From: Thermomicrobiales bacterium
Lineage (GTDB): Bacteria; Chloroflexota; Chloroflexia; Thermomicrobiales; UBA6265
Assembly: GCA_965218235.1 (NCBI GenBank)
Contig: OZ244595.1
Span: 1,702,561-1,766,560 of the forward strand
Length of the DNA: 64,000 nucleotides
Direction: 5' to 3'
Shown here: positions 38,797 to 48,639 of the stretch, piece after piece
Numbering within the stretch: position 1 is the stretch's first letter
Layout of the letters: every line of letters begins with the position of its first letter
Position numbers and translations under genes: made by a program
The notes under the pieces: generated by a model
Databases searched by the model: none
What the model was told of the DNA's origin: nothing
What the model saw: the letters and a program-made list of their open reading frames with translations, nothing else

Positions 38797-39723
38797 TCAC
38801 GTCGTGGTGATCCGTGGGTGAATCGTCAGCGCGCGGGCTGGGTTGTCAACGATCAGCCGGCGGACATCCGCAGCGCTGACGCCGGCGTCCAGGAGCATGA
38901 AGACGAAGCGGTCGAGCAGGTAAGTCAGACCCGGCCCTCCGCCATAGGCTGGACGAAGCGACCTGCGGGCGATGTCGTGAGAGAGCAGGATCTGGCTCCC
39001 GAACCCCTCCGCGATCAGCTCGGCGATCACCGCGGCCTTCGGCTCGTCCGGTCCGTAGCGCGGCTTGCCGAGCTGATCGAAGCCAATCGTGGCGCCGGTG
39101 CGGAGGACTGTCCGCAGCATCTTCCGGTCGTCGAACCGGCGGTCGAGATGGCTGATCGTCATTCGCGCCGGGTCGACGCCGTGACGGGCGAGCAGCTCGA
39201 CCTGTTGCGCGCCCATGGTGCCCGCCTCAGCGTGCGTGATCACCTGCACCCCGGTCTCCCGGTGGGCCAGTCCGACGGCGGCGAACGCGGTTCGCTCCGT
39301 GTCGCTGATCCGGTCGAGACTGCTCCCGGCCTTGAGCTGCCCAGGCCGGACGCCAGTTGTCGGGTCACCGTCTCGCAACTCCCGGATGAGCCCGTCCGCC
39401 AGTTCCTCCGGCGAGTGGCCGTGAACGAGGTAGCCACTGTGGAGCTCCTTATGGAACCCGGCCGTGGCGACGAGGTAGACGGCGACCCGACTCGCGACCC
39501 AGTGCAGCCCGGCGAGGTCGCGGCCGTTGTCGGGGGTCGTGCAATCGACGATTGCCCCGCCGCCGGCAAACCCGAACGACTCAGTGTCGGCCAGGGCGGC
39601 GTCGCGGTCGCCGGTCCGGTAATCCGGCTCCTCCCCGACGGTCGCCGGTGGGGACGCGAGCAAGTGCTCGTGAGGCAACGTGATCCCCAGGTCGGCGGGA
39701 TCGACCGGACCCAGCACCGTCAT
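38797..39723 (-). CDS. phosphotriesterase-family (PTE/Php-like) metal-dependent hydrolase
   Basis: LGITLPHEHLL (HxH) near the N-terminus. The ITHAE and ISHD motifs fit an amidohydrolase-fold PTE. The ORF is open to 39870 and the start is uncertain. Confidence 0.7.
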   Translation of the reverse strand: MTVLGPVDPADLGITLPHEHLLASPPATVGEEPDYRTGDRDAALADTESFGFAGGGAIVDCTTPDNGRDLAGLHWVASRVAVYLVATAGFHKELHSGYLVHGHSPEELADGLIRELRDGDPTTGVRPGQLKAGSSLDRISDTERTAFAAVGLAHRETGVQVITHAEAGTMGAQQVELLARHGVDPARMTISHLDRRFDDRKMLRTVLRTGATIGFDQLGKPRYGPDEPKAAVIAELIAEGFGSQILLSHDIARRSLRPAYGGGPGLTYLLDRFVFMLLDAGVSAADVRRLIVDNPARALTIHPRITTT

Positions 39724-39992
39724 GACGTGCGGATCGCGCACTGGGTCGATCTCGTCCGCCTCACCATCGATGAACACGATGTCCTCGTCGGCAAGTCCGA
39801 AGGCGTCGCGTCCATCGTTCACGTCATGAGACACGAGGCAGACTCCCGAAACGACCGCTTCCAAAACCAATCTGGCGTATCGTTGACCCAGACTGGAAAC
39901 CTGATCGACAGCCTGGTATCGACGTTACCGCCCGACTGCCGCGCCCATCCAATACTAACAAGACCTCATACCCAGATCGCCAGGGAATCCCG

Positions 39993-41279
39993 TTGACTGA
40001 CCGAACGCCCGACGCTCCGACCGGACCAATAGAGCCAGCAACGCCCCACGGGCGTCGTCAGCATCCCTTCCGGCCAACCGATACCGACACGGCCCCGGAA
40101 GCAAACCGTCCTCATCGCCCTCCGGACGACCCGACCCACCCCAACCCATCCCGGGCCGGCAATGCGTCCATCTCTGCCTCATCCGCGCCGGTTCGGACCA
40201 GGACCGAACAGTTCCGGATTCGACCCGACGGACAGATGCCGACGCCAGCCGTTGGACCAGAAACGACGCGACAACCAGCACGTGAGCCTGGGGCGTCGTG
40301 GTCCGCCGAATCGCCGCCGAGCGCCGACGACTCCAGATCCGGGAATCGGCAGCCAGTCGACGTGGAGGGACAGCCTCTCCAACGAATGACCAAGCGAACC
40401 CGGCGGGCCGCCGTCTTCGCCCCTCCACCGCTTGCGACTGACGTTGAGCGGCTTGGCTGGGCGCCAGCTCCAGGATCACCACCGCCCGCCCGCCCGCCAC
40501 GCCGACCCTCCCGGCTGTCGCGGCTCGTCCGGGTCCTGTTCATCGTCGCGATCCTTTCGACGACGCTCTTCGCCGCGACCAACCAGACGCTCGTCGCGAC
40601 GCTGGCCGGCACACCCCAATGGCAAACGGTCGAGCAGACCAGCCGAAATGCCGTCCACGCGGTGGTATCCGTCGTCGCCGAGGAGCCGTCATTCGCTCCG
40701 GCTCCCGGGTTGGCGAACTACCCGATCTGCACTGACACCAGCGAGGACGATCGCGGCCGTCTCGAAGCTAGCATGAACCTGATGCGCGGCACGGCTGAGG
40801 GTGAGCGCCTGTTCGACCAGCTGGTAAGCAACGACATCTGCGTCCTCACCGAGGACATCGGCTACAACAGCGGCTACGCCTATGGTCGCCAATCGCCGGT
40901 CGACGGAAGTTGGTCGGACTCGTACATCTCCGTTGCCACCGATCTGCTCCATTCTGGTGAGACCGACGTCCTCGCCGCGCTCCTCGTCCACGAGGCGACA
41001 CACATCGACCGCTACATCAACGATCTGGCCTGCAACTACACCGACACCTGCACCACGCTGCCGAACGGCGTCGACCTCGAAGAGGAGATCGCGGCGCATG
41101 GGGCCGAGGCGCAGTGGTGGATCGCCGCCTACGGCTCGGATGGCAAGCGGTTCGCGACCGGCTACGACTATGGCGTCAATCGGCTCGCCCGAGCCTACGG
41201 CGAAGGGCCAGAGGTCTTCGATGCCTATGTCAGGAGCGTCCGGAGCGACTCCCGCGAAGGCGCCTCGATCGCTCACTAG
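39993..41279 (+). CDS. hypothetical membrane-anchored protein with HExxH motif (putative zinc metallopeptidase-like)
   Basis: TM span LVRVLFIVAILSTTLFAA. C-terminal domain with ALLVHEATHIDRY. The first ~130 codons are Pro/Arg-rich with lower third-position GC, so the true start may be the ATG at 40386. Confidence 0.55.
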   Translation: MTDRTPDAPTGPIEPATPHGRRQHPFRPTDTDTAPEANRPHRPPDDPTHPNPSRAGNASISASSAPVRTRTEQFRIRPDGQMPTPAVGPETTRQPAREPGASWSAESPPSADDSRSGNRQPVDVEGQPLQRMTKRTRRAAVFAPPPLATDVERLGWAPAPGSPPPARPPRRPSRLSRLVRVLFIVAILSTTLFAATNQTLVATLAGTPQWQTVEQTSRNAVHAVVSVVAEEPSFAPAPGLANYPICTDTSEDDRGRLEASMNLMRGTAEGERLFDQLVSNDICVLTEDIGYNSGYAYGRQSPVDGSWSDSYISVATDLLHSGETDVLAALLVHEATHIDRYINDLACNYTDTCTTLPNGVDLEEEIAAHGAEAQWWIAAYGSDGKRFATGYDYGVNRLARAYGEGPEVFDAYVRSVRSDSREGASIAH

Positions 41280-41557
41280 ATTTGGCCTTCGCGTCGCGCG
41301 GCGACCGTCGGCAGATGGGCGCTGACGATCTGCATCCGGCCGGACCGGGTGCGGTCCTCGGCCCTTTCTCCCGAGACATCGACGACAACTCGCTCGTACA
41401 GTGAAAACGCGCAGGAAACGACAAGCGGAGATCGGCTTCCCCGGAGGTATATCCATTCCATCGGCATGTTGGTACGATGCCGATCGCGTTATTTGGCGAC
41501 CAGACGACGATCAGTCGCGATTTTTCCTGCCGATACCCACGACACGGAGGTCCCCGC

Positions 41558-44332
41558 GTGCCCCGAGCAAAGATCGCCGATACCAAAGAGTTCTACACGA
41601 CGCGCACCGCCGCCGATCGCCTCGGCGTCTCGCCGTATCTGATCAAGTCCCGGATCCAGGCGGGTGTCTTCCCGAAGGCGACGCGGGTGACCGAGGGCGG
41701 GGTGATCCTCATCGATGAGGCGTGGATCCAGGCAGCGCAGCAAGCGCTGTCACAGACGACTGTCCAGCGGGGCCGGCGCCAACGCATCGTCGGCCCGGTG
41801 ATCCCGACACCGGCCAGCATCCTCGGTCACGAGGTGGGCGCCGAGCGCGTCCTGCCGGACTGGTCCACCATCGTCGACTACTTCGAGCATCTCGCCGCCG
41901 CATCGGACAGGGTCATGGTCGAGGTCCTCGGAACCAGCACCGACGGACGACCCCACATCGCGGTCGTCGTTTCGGCTCCCGAGAATCTGAGCGAATCGGC
42001 CCGCGATCAAAACCGGCATCTCCTTGGCCGGCTGTGGAACCCGAGGCGCCATTCCTCCACCGAGATCGACGAAGCGATCGCCGGGGCCCGGCCTGTCGGG
42101 ATCATCATGGCCACGCAGCATTCGAACGAGATCGGCGCCTGCCTGATGACCCTGGAGCTTGCCCACCACCTCGCGATCGCCAGGGATCAGGAGACGCTCG
42201 ACCTGCTGTCCCGTACCGTTACGGTGCTGATCCCGAGCCAGAACCCGGACGGGGTCCAGCTTGTCGCCGACTGGTACCGCCGGTGGCTCGGGACCGAGTA
42301 CGAAGGCTCGGACATGCCGTGGCTCTATCATCGGTACGTCGGGCACGACAACAACCGGGACTGGTTCATGCTCACCCAAAAGGAGAACCAGCTCTACGCG
42401 GCGTTCCACAACCGGGAGCACCCGCAACTCGTCTTCGACATGCATCAGATGAACCGGGATGGTGCCCGCTTCATGGTGCCGCCGTTCATCGACCCGCTCG
42501 ACGCCAACCAGGATCCGGTCATCCAGCAGCAGTTCGCCGCCGTCGGCAGCGCGATCGCCGCCCGGCTAACGGCCGCGGGCAAGGCGGGCGTCGTCACCCA
42601 CTCGATGTTCGACAACTACTCACCGTCGCTCGCCTACGGAAACTACCACGGTAGCGTCGATCTGCTCAGCGAGGCGGCCAGCTGCCGCTACGCGACGCCG
42701 GTCGAGATCCGCGAGTCGGACCTCAAAGCGGACACCCGATCACGCGCGACGGTGCGGTCCTGGAACAATCCTCTGCCCTGGGCCGCTGGACGCTGGACGC
42801 TACGCGACATCGTCGAGTACGACCTGATCGCCGCCCGGGCCGCGCTGGACCACCTGTCCCGGAACCGGACACAGTGGTTGCAGGATTATGTTGACATCAA
42901 TCGCCGCGCCAGTACCCGGACCGAGGCTCCGTTCGCCTTCGTCATTGGCGCGGACGACGCCCAGCATGACCCGAGCACGACCCAGGAACTGCTCGAGGTC
43001 CTGGCCAATGGGATCGTCGAGGTCGAGGTCGCGACCGAAGCGGTCACGCTCGACGGAGTCGAATATCCGGCCGGCACGCGCGTGGTCCGTCTTGACCAGC
43101 CCGCCAGCAGCTTCGCGAAGACGCTCCTGGAGGTTCAAACCTATCCCGATTTGCGGCAGTGGCCCGATGGCCCACCCCAGGCGCCCTACGACATCGCCGG
43201 TCACACCCTGCCGCTCCAGATGGACGTCCGCTCCAGTGCCATCCGGACCGTCGTCACCGACGAGGCGCGGCAGTCGCTGGCTCCCCTCGTTGGTCCATCG
43301 CTGCGACCGGGCACGGTCGCCGGGAACGGCCGCTTCGGCTTCCGGTTCGACCCGGCGATGAACTCGTCGATTCAGGCCATCAGCCGGCTTCTTGCCGAGG
43401 GCAGGACCATCTACCGGACGACGGGCGGCGATCCAGACCCTGGTCTTTGCCCAGGCACCGTGATCGTGGCGGCCTCGCGTGGGCTCGCGGAGCTGGTGTC
43501 AGAGCTTGCCGTCGAAACAGGCATCGACTTCGCCAGCGTCGAAGAGCCGATCGAGGCGCCGGTCGTCACGCAGCGTCTCCCGCGGCTGGGGCTCTATCAG
43601 AGCTGGCGACCGGCGATCGACGAGGGCTGGACGCGCTGGATCCTGGAGCGATTCAAGGTCCCGGCGACGACGCTGCACGATGCTGACGTTCGTCGGGGCA
43701 AGCTGATCGAGCGGTTCGACGTCATCCTGCTACCGCATCAGAGCGCGGCGGAGCTCATCGCCGGCAACAGCCCGAAGAACACGTTCGGCGAACCGTACCC
43801 GCCGGACTACGTCGGTGGTCTGGGCGGCGTCGGGATGGACGAACTCCAGCAGTTCGTCGAGGCTGGCGGAACGCTGGTGGCCCTGGACGGCAGCACGGCG
43901 GCGGTGATCGACCGGTTCGCTCTGCCAGTCCGTAATGTCCTCGACGGCCTGCCGCCGAAGGACTTCTACTGTCCGGGCTCGCTGCTTCGTGTCGTCGTCG
44001 ACACGGCTCACCCGCTTGGCTGGGGACTCAGGCGCGACACGACGGTGCTCTTTTACAACAGCCCCGCCTTCGACGTACTATCCGGCGGCGAGCCCGTCAC
44101 GTCGGTCGCCCGCTACCCGACCGGCGGCACCCCGAACGTCAGCGGCTGGATCCTTGGCGAAGAGCATCTCCGGTCCCGCTCGGCTCTGGTCGAGGTCGGG
44201 CTCGGCCGCGGCCGGGTGATCCTCGTCGGCTTCCGTCCGCAGTTCCGGGCCCAGGCCCGCGGGACCTACAAGGTGCTCTTCAACGCCATCTTCCGCGGCA
44301 GCCAGCATCCCGGCGAGCTGCCGTTCCGGTAG
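41558..44332 (+). CDS. M14-family metallocarboxypeptidase-like protein with N-terminal excisionase/MerR-type HTH domain
   Basis: GTG at 41558 lies 8 nt after GGAGG. HTH: YTTRTAADRLGVSPYLIKSRIQAGVFPKATRV. M14 HxxE (ATQHSNEIG), later His (FDMHQM) and LLSEAAS. Long C-terminal extension. Confidence 0.65.
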   Translation: MPRAKIADTKEFYTTRTAADRLGVSPYLIKSRIQAGVFPKATRVTEGGVILIDEAWIQAAQQALSQTTVQRGRRQRIVGPVIPTPASILGHEVGAERVLPDWSTIVDYFEHLAAASDRVMVEVLGTSTDGRPHIAVVVSAPENLSESARDQNRHLLGRLWNPRRHSSTEIDEAIAGARPVGIIMATQHSNEIGACLMTLELAHHLAIARDQETLDLLSRTVTVLIPSQNPDGVQLVADWYRRWLGTEYEGSDMPWLYHRYVGHDNNRDWFMLTQKENQLYAAFHNREHPQLVFDMHQMNRDGARFMVPPFIDPLDANQDPVIQQQFAAVGSAIAARLTAAGKAGVVTHSMFDNYSPSLAYGNYHGSVDLLSEAASCRYATPVEIRESDLKADTRSRATVRSWNNPLPWAAGRWTLRDIVEYDLIAARAALDHLSRNRTQWLQDYVDINRRASTRTEAPFAFVIGADDAQHDPSTTQELLEVLANGIVEVEVATEAVTLDGVEYPAGTRVVRLDQPASSFAKTLLEVQTYPDLRQWPDGPPQAPYDIAGHTLPLQMDVRSSAIRTVVTDEARQSLAPLVGPSLRPGTVAGNGRFGFRFDPAMNSSIQAISRLLAEGRTIYRTTGGDPDPGLCPGTVIVAASRGLAELVSELAVETGIDFASVEEPIEAPVVTQRLPRLGLYQSWRPAIDEGWTRWILERFKVPATTLHDADVRRGKLIERFDVILLPHQSAAELIAGNSPKNTFGEPYPPDYVGGLGGVGMDELQQFVEAGGTLVALDGSTAAVIDRFALPVRNVLDGLPPKDFYCPGSLLRVVVDTAHPLGWGLRRDTTVLFYNSPAFDVLSGGEPVTSVARYPTGGTPNVSGWILGEEHLRSRSALVEVGLGRGRVILVGFRPQFRAQARGTYKVLFNAIFRGSQHPGELPFR

Positions 44333-44753
44333 GCAACGGACCTTCCCTCCCCGCGATCAGGCAGCGGCCCCTGATTTGCCGGACTCGGTCGGGTTTGGTA
44401 GGGTTCAACGCTGACTCATTATCATCTGGTTCCGCACGCTCCTGAGGTCATCCCCCCGATGATTGGCTAGCGCTCCGGGCGCTCCCCCGACAGTCGATAC
44501 CACGCGGGTATCGCCGGATCGCCCCCTCCACTCTCATGACGGACTGCCGATCGTCAGCCCCGGAGGGCGTTCCCTTGAAGATCTGATGGGCGCCAGAGAG
44601 CTCCCACCTGCCGCGCGGCCCCGACCGCTCTGGCCCTGCCCACCCTCACGTCCGCCGCGCATCGCGGCCCGCTGACTGACAGGACCGCCTCGATCCGTTC
44701 GCGGTTGGCGGTCCGATCGCGATCAGCTGGGCCTCGCGTCTGGCACATCCTCC

Positions 44754-46388
44754 ATGTTGACCGTCCATTCTTTGACCGCTCACATCGATGAGCAGGTCGT
44801 CTTCGAGGACCTCGGGTTCTCGCTCAACGCCGGGGACGTCCTCGGCGTCATCGGGCCGAACGGCTCCGGCAAGAGCACCCTGCTGTCGCTGCTCACCGGT
44901 GACCGGACGCCAACCAGCGGCACTATTACCCTCGCGTCCGGCACCCGCGTCGGTTACCTCCGCCAGGGCTTCGCCGATCAGCCCGACGGCTCGCTGGCCG
45001 ACCTGATCGATATCCCGACCGGCGGGCTGGCATCGGCCTCCCTCGCGGTCGACCGGACCGCGACGAACCTGGGGGCCGGGACCTCCGACCCGGACGCCGC
45101 GCTGGCCGCTTATGACGACTCAGTCGCCGCCTTCGAGGGGCTGGGCGGCTACGCGGCTGCGGATCACCTCGCCGCCACGATGGAACGGCTCTCGGTCGGG
45201 CCGGACTCGCTCCGGCGGGGCCTGGAGACGCCGCTTTCCGAGCTGTCCGGTGGGCAGAAGACGCGGGCGGGGCTGGCCGGTCTCCTCGCCAGCCGGCCGG
45301 ATCTACTGCTGCTCGACGAGCCCACCAACCATCTCGACATCGACGCCGCCGAGATGGTGGAGCAACTGGTCGGGGCGCAGTCCGGGGCGGTCGTGATCGT
45401 CTCGCACGACCGCGCGTTCCTCGACCGCGTCGCGACCCGGATCCTCGCCCTGAACGACGACGGGCCGGGCTGGTCGATCAGCGCCGGTGGCTACAGTGAG
45501 TTCCTCGATGCCCAGAAGTCCGGCGCGGCGAAGCAGGCGTCGGCCTGGCATCGGCAGCAAGAGCTGATCGAGCGGGTCGAAACCGACATCCGGGCCATCG
45601 CCGGGCGGGCCCAAAAGGTCGAAGGCAACATCCACGTCGTCACCAACCGGTGGAAGAAGTTCGCCCGGGTCGCCGTCGTCCGGGAACGACGGCTGGAACG
45701 CCTGCTCGATTCCGAGGACAAGGTCGACAAGCCCCGCCCGCGCTGGGGACTGGCTGTCGATCTGCCGCCAGCCCCACCCGGCGGTCGGGACGTTGCCCTC
45801 GTCACGGACCTGACGGTGCGATTCGGTGAAACGACCGTGCTGGACGGTCTCTCGCTCCACGTCCGGTTCGGCGAGCGGGTTGCTCTGCTTGGAGCGAACG
45901 GCACCGGCAAGACCACGCTGATCCGGGCGTTGCTCGGGGATGTCGAGCCGGACAGCGGCTCGGTCCGGCTCGGGTCGAACATCATCGTCGGACGGTTCAC
46001 CCAGGAGCAGGAGAGCCTTGATCCGGAGCGGTCGGTGCTCGACCACATCCGGTCGGTGGCCGAGATCAGCGACAGTGACGCCCGGAACTTCCTCCACCGG
46101 TTCCTGTTCTCGGCCGACGCGCCGCTCAAGCGCGCCGCCGATCTGTCCTACGGCGAGCGGGCCCGGCTGGCGCTGGCCATGGTCGTCCTGCGCGGCGCGA
46201 ACTTCCTCGTGCTGGACGAACCGCTCAACCACCTCGACATCGAGAGTCGCGAGCAGTTCGAGACCGCCCTGGCCGGTTTCACGGGAACGATCCTGATGGT
46301 GCTCCACGATCGACGCGCGATCGAGCGGCTCTCGACCCGGTCGGTGCTGCTCCGCGATGGCCACCTGACCGAAACAGTTGACAGGTAA
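44754..46388 (+). CDS. ABC-F family ATP-binding cassette protein (two ABC domains, no TM)
   Basis: Walker A GPNGSGKST and GANGTGKTT. Signatures LSGGQKTR and LSYGERARL. Charged inter-domain linker. Confidence 0.9.
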   Translation: MLTVHSLTAHIDEQVVFEDLGFSLNAGDVLGVIGPNGSGKSTLLSLLTGDRTPTSGTITLASGTRVGYLRQGFADQPDGSLADLIDIPTGGLASASLAVDRTATNLGAGTSDPDAALAAYDDSVAAFEGLGGYAAADHLAATMERLSVGPDSLRRGLETPLSELSGGQKTRAGLAGLLASRPDLLLLDEPTNHLDIDAAEMVEQLVGAQSGAVVIVSHDRAFLDRVATRILALNDDGPGWSISAGGYSEFLDAQKSGAAKQASAWHRQQELIERVETDIRAIAGRAQKVEGNIHVVTNRWKKFARVAVVRERRLERLLDSEDKVDKPRPRWGLAVDLPPAPPGGRDVALVTDLTVRFGETTVLDGLSLHVRFGERVALLGANGTGKTTLIRALLGDVEPDSGSVRLGSNIIVGRFTQEQESLDPERSVLDHIRSVAEISDSDARNFLHRFLFSADAPLKRAADLSYGERARLALAMVVLRGANFLVLDEPLNHLDIESREQFETALAGFTGTILMVLHDRRAIERLSTRSVLLRDGHLTETVDR

Positions 46389-46402
46389 TCGCCTACGCGA
46401 AA

Positions 46403-46435
46403 CGAGCCCACCCGACAGATTGTCCGGTGGGCTCG
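46403..46435. terminator. bidirectional terminator hairpin
   Basis: CGAGCCCACCCGACA - gat - TGTCCGGTGGGCTCG (15-bp stem, one mismatch), then GCGTTCGTTGT. Confidence 0.55.
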
Positions 46436-46482
46436 CGTTCGTTGTCAGCGACCGATCACGCATACGAGATACGACGAGGAGG

Positions 46483-46740
46483 CTACTCTTCCTCGTCGGT
46501 CTCGGTGGCGGTTGCTTCCGCCTCCAGCGCGGTCAGCGCGTAGTTGTCGATCTCCTGCTGGAGGGCGTCCCGCAGGTTGATGAGGTCGACGAGGTCGAGG
46601 CCCGCCAGGACCGCGTTGTTCTCCGGGTCGCCATCGTCCGAACCGTTGGGTACCACCCGGAATTCAACCTCGACGCCTTCGTCCTCGCTGTCGAGGCCGG
46701 CGGCCGGGGTCTCATCCATATAGATGTTGTACGTCTCCAC
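46483..46740 (-). CDS. small acidic hypothetical protein (85 aa)
   Basis: ATG preceded by GAGGGATGG. Sequence METYNIYMDETPAAGLDSEDEGVEVEF... Confidence 0.5.
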   Translation of the reverse strand: METYNIYMDETPAAGLDSEDEGVEVEFRVVPNGSDDGDPENNAVLAGLDLVDLINLRDALQQEIDNYALTALEAEATATETDEEE

Positions 46741-46890
46741 GTTCCATCCCTCATTGGTGGGCCGGAAGACCGGCCGGACAAACTGCCGTGGCCCATTCTA
46801 GCCGCAAAGTCTTCCGGCGTGTGAATCCGCCTGGATCGGCTACTCTCTATCGTGACCGACCGCCCGGCGCCATGCACAGGAATTCCCCAG

Positions 46891-47304
46891 ATGACTGACC
46901 CAGTCGCGGCTCACGCCCAACCCGCCCAACCGATCACTGCCGGTTCCGGCATCCTGATCCTCAACCGGGACCTCTTCTTCGGCGTCCGGCTCCGGCAGGC
47001 GCTGACCGGTGACGGCTGGCTGCCCCGCCTCGTGCCGACCGCCGAGGCTGTCGTCGCGGCGCTCTCCGCCGGACCGCCTCCCGCCCTGATCGTGGTCGAC
47101 ATGGCGGCCAGTCCGGACTGGTCGCTCATCGAGCGAGCCGCCGCCGCGACGGAGCCCCCGACCCCGGTCCTCGCCTTCGGGCCTCACAAGGATGTCGCCG
47201 GCTTCCGGGCCGCGAAGGCCGGCGGGGCGACCCGTGTCGTCTCCAACGGCGACTTCCACCGTGACATGAGCGGATTCGTCCGCCGCTACGCCCGCCCATC
47301 CTGA
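46891..47304 (+). CDS. atypical CheY-like receiver-domain protein
   Basis: ILILNRDLFF ... ALIVVDM ... VLAFGPH ... AKAGGA follows the receiver-fold pattern but lacks the N-terminal acidic pair. The ORF is open from GTG 46852. Confidence 0.45.
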   Translation: MTDPVAAHAQPAQPITAGSGILILNRDLFFGVRLRQALTGDGWLPRLVPTAEAVVAALSAGPPPALIVVDMAASPDWSLIERAAAATEPPTPVLAFGPHKDVAGFRAAKAGGATRVVSNGDFHRDMSGFVRRYARPS

Positions 47305-47508
47305 GAACCAGGCCGTCAGCCGGGACGTACACCTGACCAGACAGGAGTTGCGGGATTCTCCGCAACCAAGTAAGATCCGTTCACAGTGTACGTACACCTC
47401 CCGCTGGTGACGAGCCTGGCGCGAACCCGTTGTCGCGCAGACCGTCGGCCAATCGTCCACCCCCGCGCTGGGAGTGGCGGTACGCACAGCGAGAGGACGA
47501 GCAACCAC

Positions 47509-48639
47509 ATGGCGGCGACCCATCAGCCTCGGTCAGTTACCCCAGCACCCCTGGCCCGCCCCGTCCGTCCCGCCTCTCAGCCCCAGGCGACTCACCCTGA
47601 GCCATCGCTCGCCGAACGGGCCGCGCCGGTCGAAGGGGACGAGCTCTTCTCCGTCCTCACCGCGGTCGAGATGTTCTTCGGCGATCTCCGGCTCGCGCCG
47701 CGCTCGAAGAAGACCTACCGAAATGGGATCGCCAAGTTCCTTCGCCACCTCGAGCAGAACGAGGGCATGAATCCGGCCGAGATGCCGGTCACTTCGCTGG
47801 CCGCCGACCACGTCACGTCCTTCGCCAGCCTGCTGGTTCCGGCCGACATCCGGACACCGGAGGAGGTCTCGCAGATGCGGACCGCCCAGAACAACCTCTC
47901 GGCCGTCCGGAAGTTCTGCGCCTATCTGTCCGCCTACGACCTGCACCCGGATCTCCCGACCGACAAGCTTCGCGTTCGGATCGCGGCCATGATGCCTCGA
48001 TTCACGCCGCCGCCGCCGGACGTCAAACTGGCTGATCTGGAAAAGGTCGTGACGTTCGTCCGCGAGGGGGAACCGGCCGGCAAGCCCAACCTGGAACTGC
48101 GCCGACTGAAAGTCCGGGCGATGATCTTTTTTCTGTACCGGACGGGGGTCCGGGTTTCCGAGCTCTGCGCCCTGCGGCGGCGGGACGTCGACCTGGCCAA
48201 CGGGACGGCCGGCGTCTACCGGGCCAAGGGCGGCAAGAGCCGGACGGTTCATTTCGACATGGAGACCGCCGAGGCCATGACCCGCTACTGGTCGATGCGG
48301 GAGGACCCGGTCCGCGGCTCCTCGGCCTACCCGGCCTTCAGCGGCCGCGACAAGCTGGGCGACCCTGGCACCTCGGTTAGCCCACGGACCGTCGAGCACA
48401 TCGTGACGCAACTCTGCGTCGCGACCGGGGTCGAGAGCGAGGTCACGCCGCACTCGTTCCGGCACGGGCTCGCGACTGAACTGGTTCGGCGGCGGGTGCG
48501 CGAGTCGACAGTCCAGACGATTCTCGGGCATGCTTCCCCGTCGACCACTCGGATCTACGTGCACAAGACCGCCCGGGACGTCGCCGAGGAGTACCAGGAT
48601 GCATTTGGGCAATACCGGCCCCCGCGCCAGTCGGCCTGA
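47509..48639 (+). CDS. tyrosine recombinase / phage-integrase family (XerC/XerD-like)
   Basis: N-terminal SAM-like domain (TYRNGIAKFLRHL). Catalytic residues in LRRRDVDL, HSFRHGLAT and LGHASPSTTRIYVH. Confidence 0.85.
   Translation: MAATHQPRSVTPAPLARPVRPASQPQATHPEPSLAERAAPVEGDELFSVLTAVEMFFGDLRLAPRSKKTYRNGIAKFLRHLEQNEGMNPAEMPVTSLAADHVTSFASLLVPADIRTPEEVSQMRTAQNNLSAVRKFCAYLSAYDLHPDLPTDKLRVRIAAMMPRFTPPPPDVKLADLEKVVTFVREGEPAGKPNLELRRLKVRAMIFFLYRTGVRVSELCALRRRDVDLANGTAGVYRAKGGKSRTVHFDMETAEAMTRYWSMREDPVRGSSAYPAFSGRDKLGDPGTSVSPRTVEHIVTQLCVATGVESEVTPHSFRHGLATELVRRRVRESTVQTILGHASPSTTRIYVHKTARDVAEEYQDAFGQYRPPRQSA

Noticed and set aside
38650-39996. 448-aa plus-strand ORF
   Set aside because: It is antisense to the phosphotriesterase-family gene (HEHL motif) and to part of the HAD gene.
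45303-46463. 386-aa ORF on the minus strand
   Set aside because: It is antisense to the ABC-F gene, which has two complete Walker A and signature sets.
47509-48639. Calling the integrase region a mobile element or prophage
   Set aside because: No flanking direct repeats, tRNA, phage or transposase genes are visible. The neighbours are ordinary chromosomal genes.
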